DNA from: Desulfobacterales bacterium
GTDB lineage: Bacteria > Desulfobacterota > Desulfobacteria > Desulfobacterales > UBA11574
Assembly (NCBI GenBank): GCA_022340885.1
Contig: JAJDND010000107.1
Span: forward strand, 9,722 to 73,721
DNA length: 64,000 bases
Reading direction: 5' to 3'
The position numbers were made by a program, and so were the translations under genes. Every line of letters begins with the position of its first letter. Position 1 is the first letter of the stretch. The notes beneath the pieces were generated by a model. It was not told where the DNA came from. It saw only the letters and a program-made list of their open reading frames with translations, and did no database searches. This document shows, in pieces, positions 9,726 through 18,665 of the stretch.

Positions 9726-11078
9726 ATGACCAAAAACCCACGAATTCTTGTTGTTGATGATGAAGCGCCGATGCGAGAAGCGCTTTATGACTGGCTCAAG
9801 GAGGATGGTTATGAGGTTGGTTTGGCTGAAAGCGGAAAAGATGCCATTGCCATTGCCTTGGAAAAAAGCTGGGACGTCATATTGCTGGATCTGAAAATGC
9901 CGGGCATGGATGGATTGGAAACCTTGAGACAGCTTAAGGGAAAAGCGGTCGGAACAGATGCCGAAATACTCATGATGACCGCCTATGCCACCGTAGATAC
10001 AGCGGTTCAGGCCATGAAAGAAGGGGCTTTTGATTATCTTGTCAAACCCTTTGCCCCGGACGAGATCGAAATGCAAATCAAAAAAATTGTCGCCCACCGG
10101 GAATTGGTTCTCGAGAATATATTACTGCGCCAGAAGCTGGAGGAAAGGTCAGAATATGATGAAATTATAGGAAAAAGTGACGCCATGCAGGAAATTTACG
10201 ATTTGATTTCCCAGGTGGCGCCCACGGATTCTACCGTACTGATAACCGGAGAAAGCGGTACGGGTAAGGAATTGATCGCGCAGGCGATTCACGGCAACAG
10301 TCTCCGCTGCTACATGCCGTTTATCGCCGTAAGTTGCGGGGCGCTTCCCGACTCTTTGCTGGAGAGTGAGCTGTTCGGGTATGAAAGAGGGGCCTTTACA
10401 GGCGCAGAGCATACCAAAAAGGGGCGATTTGAAATGGCAGATACGGGAACACTTTTTCTGGATGAAATCGGCGATATCAGTTTAAAGACGCAGGTGGATT
10501 TATTAAGGGTTTTGCAAGGAAAGTCGTTCAGGCGTCTGGGGGGGCAGGAAGAAATTGAAGTGGATGTGCGTATCTTAGCAGCGACCCATCGAGATTTGAA
10601 AAAGGCGATCTCTGAAAACAAGTTCCGTGAAGATCTTTTTTACCGTTTGAATGTCATTTCGATTCATGTCCCGCCGCTGCGAGAACGAAAAGACGATATT
10701 CCGTTGCTGGTAAAAGCATTTATACGCCGGTATTGTTTGGAAATGAATAAGGAACGGGTAAAAATCGCGCCGTCCGCCTTGAAAATGTTGATGGATTACG
10801 ACTGGCCCGGAAATGTCAGAGAATTGGAAAACGTTATTGAAAGAGCGCTGGTGATTGGCCGGGGTAAAGAAATCGTTACGGATGACCTTCCGTTTACGCG
10901 TAAAGAACTTGCGTCTGCTGAAATTCCCAAATCATTAAAATCAATGGAAAAAATGCATATCAAAGGAATCCTTGAGGAAACGAATTGGAACATCAGCAAA
11001 ACCGCCCGTTTGTTGGAAGTTGATCGGCAGACGCTCTATAATAAAATTGAAAAATATAAGATTGAAAAGGAATCATAA
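9726..11078 (+). CDS. Sigma-54-dependent response regulator (NtrC family: REC + AAA+ + Fis-type HTH)
   Basis: The receiver domain has LLDLKMPGMDG. The AAA+ domain has GESGTGKE and the sigma-54 contact loop ERGAFTGA. The C-terminal HTH reads ISKTARLLEVDRQTLYNKI. Confidence 0.9.
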   Translation: MTKNPRILVVDDEAPMREALYDWLKEDGYEVGLAESGKDAIAIALEKSWDVILLDLKMPGMDGLETLRQLKGKAVGTDAEILMMTAYATVDTAVQAMKEGAFDYLVKPFAPDEIEMQIKKIVAHRELVLENILLRQKLEERSEYDEIIGKSDAMQEIYDLISQVAPTDSTVLITGESGTGKELIAQAIHGNSLRCYMPFIAVSCGALPDSLLESELFGYERGAFTGAEHTKKGRFEMADTGTLFLDEIGDISLKTQVDLLRVLQGKSFRRLGGQEEIEVDVRILAATHRDLKKAISENKFREDLFYRLNVISIHVPPLRERKDDIPLLVKAFIRRYCLEMNKERVKIAPSALKMLMDYDWPGNVRELENVIERALVIGRGKEIVTDDLPFTRKELASAEIPKSLKSMEKMHIKGILEETNWNISKTARLLEVDRQTLYNKIEKYKIEKES

Positions 11079-11084
11079 ATCGAT

Positions 11085-11642
11085 TTGCCAGACTGGGTTA
11101 CCATCTGTCCTGTAGGTTCGGTTGACCAAGAGGTTCTTGATCACATTGCAAAATGTATTTCGATCCGCTGCGGTCTTTCCTGCGGGGTTTCCATGGAAAT
11201 GGAAAATCCTCGTTATGCATATAATGATGTCCGGTGCCAGTATGACTCAAAGCTGATATTAAAACGCCTCATTCAACAAAGCCCCAATAATACCCTTAGA
11301 TTTATCGGTGTTACGTCAGTGGATCTGTATGTGCCGATCTTAAAGTTTGTTTTTGGCTTGGCACAGATCGACGGTAAATGTTCCATCATATCCCTGCACC
11401 GGCTTTATCCCATGTTTTATGACCAACCCGACGATCCGGATCTATTCTTGTCCCGGGTGGAAAAGACGGTTTTGCATGAGTTGGGGCACTCATTCGGCAT
11501 AACCCACTGCAGAGATCGACACTGTGTGATGTATTCCTCGGTCCGGATTGAAGATACGGATTTCAAATCCGCAGATTTTTGTCCCACCTGTATGGAATTG
11601 TTTCATTGGTTTCTTAATAAATCCTCGCGTCCATCACGATAG
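11085..11642 (+). CDS. Archaemetzincin-like zinc metallopeptidase (peptidase M54 family)
   Basis: HELGHSFGITHCRDRHCVMYSS...FCPTC matches the archaemetzincin pattern HExxHxxGx3Cx4CxM...CxxC (16 rather than 17 residues before the last CxxC). The TTG start lies 7 nt after the regulator stop. Confidence 0.7.
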   Translation: MPDWVTICPVGSVDQEVLDHIAKCISIRCGLSCGVSMEMENPRYAYNDVRCQYDSKLILKRLIQQSPNNTLRFIGVTSVDLYVPILKFVFGLAQIDGKCSIISLHRLYPMFYDQPDDPDLFLSRVEKTVLHELGHSFGITHCRDRHCVMYSSVRIEDTDFKSADFCPTCMELFHWFLNKSSRPSR

Positions 11643-11675
11643 CCTGAATTTTTGAATATTCGGTGATTGAGGTAT

Positions 11676-11690
11676 GCCGAATATTTCGGC
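11676..11690. promoter_or_regulatory. Palindromic upstream activator site candidate 1 (GCCGAA-TAT-TTCGGC)
   Basis: A perfect 6+6 inverted repeat about 205 bp upstream of the -24/-12 promoter. A near-identical palindrome lies exactly 100 bp downstream. Confidence 0.5.
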
Positions 11691-11774
11691 GGACTGTCTT
11701 TTTTTTCGACAATGCTTGAATATGTTGAAATAATAGAATGTTATCTTCAAACCCATTCTATTTGGACAAATGAA

Positions 11775-11791
11775 TGCCGAAAATTTCGGCA
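11775..11791. promoter_or_regulatory. Palindromic upstream activator site candidate 2 (TGCCGAA-AAT-TTCGGCA)
   Basis: A perfect 7+7 inverted repeat about 105 bp upstream of the -24/-12 promoter. It has the same half-site as the 11676 site. Confidence 0.5.
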
Positions 11792-11892
11792 ATATTCTTC
11801 TTGAGACAACACCGCAATCAAGCTGTTCTTTTGAAATTATATTTAAGTAAAATCAAATAGTTATATTGACTTTCCCGCGTCTTTATCGATTT

Positions 11893-11908
11893 TGGCACAG
11901 ACCTTGCT
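11893..11908 (+). promoter_or_regulatory. Sigma-54 (-24/-12) promoter
   Basis: TGGCACagaccTTGCT is an exact TGGCAC-N5-TTGC with canonical GG-N10-GC spacing. It lies about 65 nt upstream of the ATG at 11973 and downstream of an NtrC-type activator gene. Confidence 0.75.
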
Positions 11909-11972
11909 GATAAAAATAATAAAGTGAAAAAAATTAACACATCACATCATCATTTAAAAAGGAGGAAATAAA

Positions 11973-12902
11973 ATGGAAGCCAGCAGAAAGAGGGAGTCGA
12001 TGAAAATCGTACCGCCGGGAAAGAAGAAATGTGTATGGATGGAGGCCGGAGTTGTTTCCTATAAACTGTGCGACAACAATTTTGACTGCTCTACCTGCGT
12101 ATACGACCATGGCATGCATGAAAGGGTTGCCCGGTATAAAGAAAAAGTTGCCATGCAACCTGTTGAAACAACGCCTGATAAATTTACCGAAACATGGGCG
12201 GACAAGATGATGCAGCTTCCGGCCAGCCGTCGTAAATGCCGCTATATGATCACCGGAGAAGTGGTTCGCAAAATATGCCCCAATGCCTATGAGTGCGGCA
12301 CATGCTCTTTTGATCAGATGATGCAGGAACGACTGCAGACAGATACGCTTCCGGTGCATGCCGTGAGCCAGGAAAGCGGGTTTGAGATGGCCGAAGATTT
12401 CTACTACCATGAAGGCCACACGTGGGCCAAACCGGAATACGGCGGACGTGTGCGGGTGGGGCTGGATGATTTTGCGCAAAAACTGATCGGCCGACTCGCG
12501 AGGATTGAACTGCCGAATATCGGACAGGAAATAATACAGGGTAAGGTGGGCTTTCAAGTCAGACGCAATGGCGAAATCGCCAAAGTGCTTTCTCCCATAG
12601 ACGGTATCGTGACCAAGGTGAATGACGCGCTTCGGGATCAACCTGATCTGGCCAATGAATCTCCCTATGAAAAGGGGTGGCTGTTCACCATCGAGCCGAC
12701 AAAACTGCGCAAAAATTTAAAAGAACTCTTCTATGGACAAGAAGCTCATAATTTTATCAGCGAGGAAAAAGAAAAGCTCTTTGCCATGGCCAACCAGGAT
12801 CTGCGCGTGGCTGCAGACGGCGGTGGTTCGGTCGAAGATATTTCCCAAGAACTCGAAGGCGAAAAATGGGCCAAGTTTGTCAAAAACTTTCTTAAAACCT
12901 GA
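11973..12902 (+). CDS. GcvH-fold (glycine-cleavage H-like) protein with two N-terminal 4-Cys modules
   Basis: A strong RBS (AAAGGAGGA) precedes the start. The C-terminal half (YYHEGHTWAKPEYGGRVRVGLDDFAQKLIG...SPIDGIVTKVN...PYEKGWLF) follows the GcvH pattern. Residues 18-52 and 87-121 are two copies of C-x2-M-x2-G-x-V-x2-K-[LI]-C-x-N-x-[FY]-[DE]-C-x-T-C-x-[YF]-D. Confidence 0.75.
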   Translation: MEASRKRESMKIVPPGKKKCVWMEAGVVSYKLCDNNFDCSTCVYDHGMHERVARYKEKVAMQPVETTPDKFTETWADKMMQLPASRRKCRYMITGEVVRKICPNAYECGTCSFDQMMQERLQTDTLPVHAVSQESGFEMAEDFYYHEGHTWAKPEYGGRVRVGLDDFAQKLIGRLARIELPNIGQEIIQGKVGFQVRRNGEIAKVLSPIDGIVTKVNDALRDQPDLANESPYEKGWLFTIEPTKLRKNLKELFYGQEAHNFISEEKEKLFAMANQDLRVAADGGGSVEDISQELEGEKWAKFVKNFLKT

Positions 12903-12930
12903 TTGTCATTTTAAAGACGGGCGATAAAAA

Positions 12931-12971
12931 ATACCCCCCTGCCGGGTTGAACGGCAGGGGGGTATTTTTTT
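12931..12971 (+). terminator. Rho-independent terminator
   Basis: ATACCCCCCTGCCG-ggttgaa-CGGCAGGGGGGTAT forms a 14-bp GC-rich stem and is followed by TTTTTTT. It lies 29 nt after the GcvH-like stop. Confidence 0.9.
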
Positions 12972-13127
12972 GGATAACATGCTGGATTTTAAGCACCGGG
13001 TTGATCGTAGTTCCTTATTAGTTGAAGTTAAAACAATCCGAAAATTTTTGGCTATTCCGCATCCCGGCGCGGCAAAATTCCGTGCCCGCTGTTGAATGAT
13101 TTTTTATGTATAAATCAATAATTTTGG

Positions 13128-13157
13128 TTGACAAAATCGTCCTTCAAAGGGTAAAAA
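13128..13157 (+). promoter_or_regulatory. Weak sigma-70-like promoter candidate for the hdr operon (TTGACA-N18-TAAAAA)
   Basis: TTGACA at 13128-13133 and TAAAAA at 13152-13157, about 95 nt upstream of the ATG at 13253. The -10 element is poor. Confidence 0.25.
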
Positions 13158-13252
13158 ACTTCTTTGTTTGCGATCCGGAAGTTCGCAAGTCAACGGCATC
13201 CGGTTTCAATCTTCCTTACTTACTTTTTAAAAACAAAATTAAGGAGCATCGT

Positions 13253-16200
13253 ATGACCGAGAAAGTTAACGGATCAGTAATCGTAGTGGGTGCCGGCATT
13301 GCCGGTATGCAGTCTGCATTGGATCTTGCCGATTCCGGCTTTTATGTTCATCTGGTCGAAAAGTCGCCGGCGATCGGCGGTGTCATGGCGCAGTTGGACA
13401 AGACCTTTCCCACCAATGACTGTTCCATGTGAATTATTTCTCCCAAGCTGGTCGAGGTCGGCCGGCACATCAACATCGAGCTTCATACCTGTTCAAACGT
13501 TGAAAGGATTGAAGGCGAGAACGGAAACTTTCACGTTACCCTAAACAAAACCCCCCGCTATATTGATTCCGACAAATGTACCGCCTGCGGTGATTGTGCC
13601 GGCGTGTGCCCTGTAACAATACCCAGCAAATATGATATGGGCCTGGCAGATCGGAAGGCCACTTACAAGCTGTACGCCCAGGCCATCCCGGGCAGCTTTG
13701 CCATAGAAAAATTTGACACGGCCCCGTGCCGGATGGCGTGCCCGGCAAATTTGAATGTCCAGGGATACGTGGCCATGGTCAAGCAGGGAAAATACGAGGA
13801 AGCCGTCAAGATCATCATGGAGGATTTGCCGTTTCCAGGCATCCTCGGGCGAATCTGTCCCCATCGCTGCGAAAAAAGCTGTCGCCGGCTTGAATTGGAC
13901 TCGTCGATTTCCATCCGCGAGCTTAAACGGGTGGCTGCGGATCATGTGGATCTGAGCAAGCTTCCGGTTCCGGATATTACACCCAGAAATGAGAAAGTGT
14001 CGATTATCGGGGCCGGCCCTGCAGGTCTTACCGCAGCCTATTTTCTGGCCATCGACGGGTATGAGGTGAGTGTTTACGAATCCATGCCCGAGCCCGGCGG
14101 AATGATGCGATACGGGATTCCCGAACACCGGCTGCCGCGGTCGGTGCTGGATGCGGAGATCGATAATCTCAAACGATACGGGATAACAATTCATACCAAT
14201 ACTGTTATCGGCAGGGACCTGACCCTTGAAGAACTCCGCGAGCATGGGGCAAGTGCCATCTTTTTGGCCATCGGGGCGTGGAAAGGCTTGAAGCTCCGGA
14301 TCCCCGGGGAGGAGACCGCCGAGGGGATTTCCGATGTGACGACCTTTTTGCGGGAGGTGCATCTGGGGAATTTAAAGCAGCTTTCCGGGAAGGTGGTGGT
14401 CATCGGCGGTGGCCATTCGGCGCTGGATGCCGCGCGGGTGGCACTTCGGCTGGGTGCGAGCGAGGCGCATATCGTCTACCGCCGGAGCCGGACCGAGATG
14501 CTTGCGGAACCCGAGGAAGTGGAAGAGACCGAAGTCGAAGGCGTCAAGATCCATTTTCTGGCGGCGCCGATCAGCATTGGCAGTGAAAACGATAAGGTGA
14601 CGGGTATCGAGTGCATCCGGACCCGGTTGTCCGATATGGACAGCACCGGCCGTCGAAAGCCGATTCCCATAGAAGGCTCTGAATTTTTTATCGAAGCCGA
14701 CCATATTATCCCTGCCATCGGACAGGAGCCCGATTTTGCCGGTTTAACCCAAAAACTGAATCTCAACGTGTCCAAATGGGGGCTTTTGGAGGTGAATCCC
14801 GAAACCCTTCAAACAAACATTCCCGAGATTTTCGCGGGCGGGGATGTGATTTCAGGACCGGCGACGGTGATCGAGGCGGTGGAGGCCGGCCAACGGGCCG
14901 CCAAATATATCGGGCAGTATCTGCAGGGCAAAGTCCTGCCCACTGAATGGCAGGAAGAACCACCCATGGGCACGAACTGGCAAGCGCCGTCAAAAGACGA
15001 ACCCATGAAAGATCGGCTGAAGGTTCCGACGCTGCCAAAGCAACAAAGGCTGTCGGGATTCGAAGAAGTAAACCTTCAGGTGGATGAGACATCGGCCCAG
15101 GAAGAGGCGGACCGGTGCCTGGACTGCGGGGGCTGCTGTGAGTGCTATCGATGCGTCGAGGCCTGCGGTCCACAGGCCGTCACCCTGGAAACCCATGCCC
15201 AAAAACCCGAGACGGTGGAACTCGAGGTGGGGTCGGTGATTCTGGCGCCGGGATTTACGCCGTTTGATCCTTCCAAGTTCGACAATTACAATTACGCGAA
15301 ACATCCCAATATTGTCACGTCTACGGAATTTGAACGAATCCTGTCGGCCACGGGCCCTTTCATGGGGCATCTTACCCGGATATCGGACAAGAAAGAACCC
15401 AAAAAGATTGCATGGTTCCAATGCATCGGTTCCAGGGACCTTAATCGCTGCGACAACGCCTATTGCTCCTCCGTATGTTGCATGTATGCCGTAAAAGAAG
15501 CGGTCATCGCCAAAGAACATGCGGATTATGATCTGGATTGTGCGGTCTTTTTTATGGATATGCGAACGCCGGGCAAGGATTTTGAAAAATATTACAATGA
15601 TGCCGAAAACAAACACGGCGTCCGGTTTATCAGAAGCCGGGTTCATACCATCGATCCTGTTCATGGAACCGATGACCTTGAGGTTCGGTATGTTACGGAT
15701 AAGGGTGAGCTCAAAACCGAGATCTTCGACATGATCGTCCTTTCCGTGGGTATGGAAATATCACCGGAAATGGTGGATATCGCAAACGATCTCGGCATAG
15801 AACTGACGGATGGGAAATTTTGTAAGACATCGGATTTTCAATCTTTTGCAACATCAAGAGATGGTGTTTTTGTCTGCGGCGCATTTCAGGGACCCAAAGA
15901 TATCCCCGAGTCTGTCATGGAGGCAAGCGCCGCAGCCTGCAGCACCGGCGTTAATCTGTCCGCGGCCCGGGGCGCTCTCGTCAAAGAGCGGATATTCCCC
16001 GATGAAAGTGATATTTCCGGCGAGGAACCGCGCATTGGCGTGTTTGTGTGCAATTGCGGCGTTAACATCGGCGGTGTTGCCGATGTGCCGGCCATTGCCG
16101 AGTATGCCAAAAACTTGCCCAATGTCGCCTATGTAGAAGAAAATCTTTTTACCTGCAGTCAGGATACTCAGGATAAAATGGTCGAAGTTGTCAAAGAACA

Positions 16201-17683
16201 ACATTTAAACCGCATTGTTGTTGCGGCCTGCACCCCGCGAACCCATGAGCCGCTGTTCCAGGAGACCATACGAAATGCAGGTTTGAATCCGTATCTTTTT
16301 GACATGGCCAATATCAGAAATCAGTGCACTTGGGTTCACTCCAATGATAAGAAAACCGCTACGGAAAAATCCAAGGATCTCATTCGGATGGCCATCAACA
16401 GAGCATCTTTGCTGGAGCCGATTCCAGCGGTTTCCGTGGACATCAATAAATCCGCTCTGGTCGTCGGCGGCGGCGTCGCCGGCATGACTGCAGCACTGAG
16501 CCTGGCTGACCAGGGCTTTCCGGCAACGATTGTGGAAAAATCCTCAGAACTCGGCGGCGTTGCAAAGGATCTCAAAAAGACTTGGAAGGGACGGGATGTT
16601 CAGGAATTCCTCTCAGGTCTGGTGAATAAAGTAACCCGGCACCCGGGCATCGAGGTGCTAACGGATTCGGAAGTCACTGACGCATCCGGATTTGTGGGTA
16701 ACTTCGAGACCCAGGTGTCGAACGGAAACGGGACAAAATCGGTGAAACACGGGGTAACCATTATCGCCACCGGCGGAAAGCCGGCGGACGTCGACGAGTA
16801 CCTTTACGGTCAAAATCCCCGGGTGACCCGCTGGCATGATCTGGAGCATGATCCCGATAAATTAAAGGATGCCGAAAGCGTGGTATTTATCCAGTGCGTT
16901 GGATCAAGAGACGACAACCGGCCGTATTGTTCGCGGATTTGCTGCACGTCTTCCATCTTACAGGCCATTGCCATCAAAGAAGAACACCCTGAAACCGATG
17001 TGTTTATCCTATACAGAGATATACGGACTTACGGTGAAAGGGAGGCGCTTTACAAGAAGGCAAGAGAAATGGGGGTTATTTTTGTCCGCTATTCTCTGGA
17101 CAACAAGCCCAAGGTTTCTGAAGTCGAGAACGGGCTCGAAGTCGATGTGTTTGACCCTGTTTTGCAAAGAAGTTTAAAGATTAAGGCGGACTACGTCAAT
17201 CTGGCGACGGCGATTGAACCGGCGGATAATATGGCGATATCGGAATCTTATAAAATTCCCCTCAATGCTGAAAAATTTTTCATGGAGGCCCACGCCAAAT
17301 TGCGGCCGGTGGATTTTGCCACCGACGGCATTTTCCTGTGCGGGTTGGCCCATTATCCCAAGGGAATCGACGAAAGCATCGCCCAGGCCATGGCCGCCGC
17401 AGGTCGGGCCACGACCGTTTTGGCAAAGGATTCCGTGCAAATTTCACCGCTGGTGTCTCAGGTGGATGCCGATCAATGCATCGGTTGCGGCTTGTGCACG
17501 GAAGTTTGCGCGTTTTCGGCCATCGAACTGGAAGAGATTGAAGGAAAGGGCTATCGCGCCAAGAATATCCCGGCGTCCTGCAAAGGATGCGGGCTTTGTG
17601 CGGCATCATGTCCGCAGCATGCCATCGATATGCTCCATTTTCGGGATGCGCAGATTATCGCATCGGTATGTGCGGCAGTTTAA
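13253..17683 (+). CDS. hdrL: Giant HdrA-type flavo-iron-sulfur protein with inserted GltD/NfnB-like NAD(P)H module (HdrL-like); selenoprotein, Sec at 13430-13432
   Basis: AAGGAG lies 6 nt before the ATG at 13253. Track ORFs 13106-13432 and 13604-17683 share one frame and are separated only by one TGA ([19 protein letters not shown]).

The joined 1476-aa product contains, in order:
- a GAGIAG FAD fold
- a GltD-like segment ([14 protein letters not shown]...[30 protein letters not shown])
- HdrA core motifs ([29 protein letters not shown])
- a second GGGVAG unit
- a C-terminal 2x[4Fe-4S] region ([23 protein letters not shown]). Confidence 0.85.
13447..13466 (+). promoter_or_regulatory. SECIS-like hairpin for the UGA at 13430
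   Basis: GCUGGUCG-AGGU-CGGCCGGC forms an 8-bp stem (including G-U pairs) with a GGU-containing tetraloop. It starts 14 nt after the UGA. The same 20 nt recur after the UGA of the paralogue at 18840. Confidence 0.65.
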
Positions 17684-17825
17684 ATGGTTGAATCGTTCAA
17701 TCGTCGAATGGTGAATGCGTTGACAATAAGAACTTGCGACTTGCCAATTGGGCGACTCAACCGCTTAACCAGTGTCCGTCGATACGTATGAAAGGACACG
17801 ACCTAAAATTAAAAGGGTGATATGA

Positions 17826-18575
17826 ATGGCAGAATTCGAACCAAAAATTGTTGCTTTTCTGTGTAACTGGTGTGCCTATGCCGGCGCCGATCTGGCGGGT
17901 GTTTCCCGACTGCAGTACCCATCGAGCATTCGAACCGTCCGCGTGATGTGTTCGGGAAGGGTCGATCCGATGTTCGTGCTGGAAGCCTTCAAGGACGGGA
18001 GCGACGGCGTGCTGGTGGCCGGGTGACATTTCGGTGATTGCCATTACCTGGAAGGTAATGTTCAGGCCGAGAAAAAAATCCGTATGACCCAAAAATTATT
18101 TGATATTGCCGGCATCGGCAAAGAGCGGGTTCATCTGGCATGGGTGTCATCGGCCGAGGCCCAGCGCTTTGTAGAAGTCGTTGTCAATGCCACCGAATCG
18201 GTTAAGGCCATGGGAAAGTTCGACCCCAAAGCCTTTGAATATGAACTCGCTGCGGTTGAGATGACCCTTTCCGGAGAAACACTGAGATGGATGGTGGGCA
18301 AGGAAGTCAAGATCACGACAAAAGGGGATGTCTACGGGCGCAAATGGGATGTCGAAAGTTTTGAAACCATTCTCGATGCGGTGCTCGAAAGAGAATATCA
18401 AAAAAATCTGATATATAAGGCCGTAAAAGAAGGACACACTTGCGTCAGGGATATTCACGATAAGATCGGACTAGATCTCAAGAGAATTTCGTATCTTTTG
18501 GCGGATTTGGAAAAGACCAACAAGGTAGAGTTTACGGGAATGAAAGATCGCATCCCGGTTTTTGCAGTATTATAA
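17826..18575 (+). CDS. mvhD: MvhD/FlpD-like [2Fe-2S] protein with about 110-aa C-terminal extension; selenoprotein, Sec at 18024-18026
   Basis: Track ORFs 17826-18026 and 18084-18575 share one frame and are separated by a single TGA. The joined sequence reads [16 protein letters not shown]...[10 protein letters not shown]...[18 protein letters not shown], which is the MvhD motif GCHxGDCHY with U in place of the first Cys. Confidence 0.85.
18042..18060 (+). promoter_or_regulatory. SECIS-like hairpin for the UGA at 18024
   Basis: CAUUACC-UGGAA-GGUAAUG forms a perfect 7-bp stem with a GG-containing loop. It starts 15 nt after the UGA. Confidence 0.6.
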
Positions 18576-18665
18576 GGATTGATGATTGAAGAAGATTGAA
18601 GCGTGAAAATTGTTTCGAGTTGATCATTCGCCAATCGGCAATCTTCAATTCATAAGGGAGGAAAA

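Noticed and set aside
13541-14362. Long antisense ORF (273 aa) opposite hdrL. Similar cases are 14990-15664, 18744-19844 (366 aa) opposite hdrA, 11934-12641 opposite the GcvH-like gene, 7548-8192 opposite the kinase, and 39192-40385 (397 aa) opposite a CoA-transferase.
   Set aside because: Their translations are low-complexity (rich in R, G, P, H) with no motifs. They mirror strongly supported genes on the other strand. They are shadow ORFs typical of GC-biased third positions.
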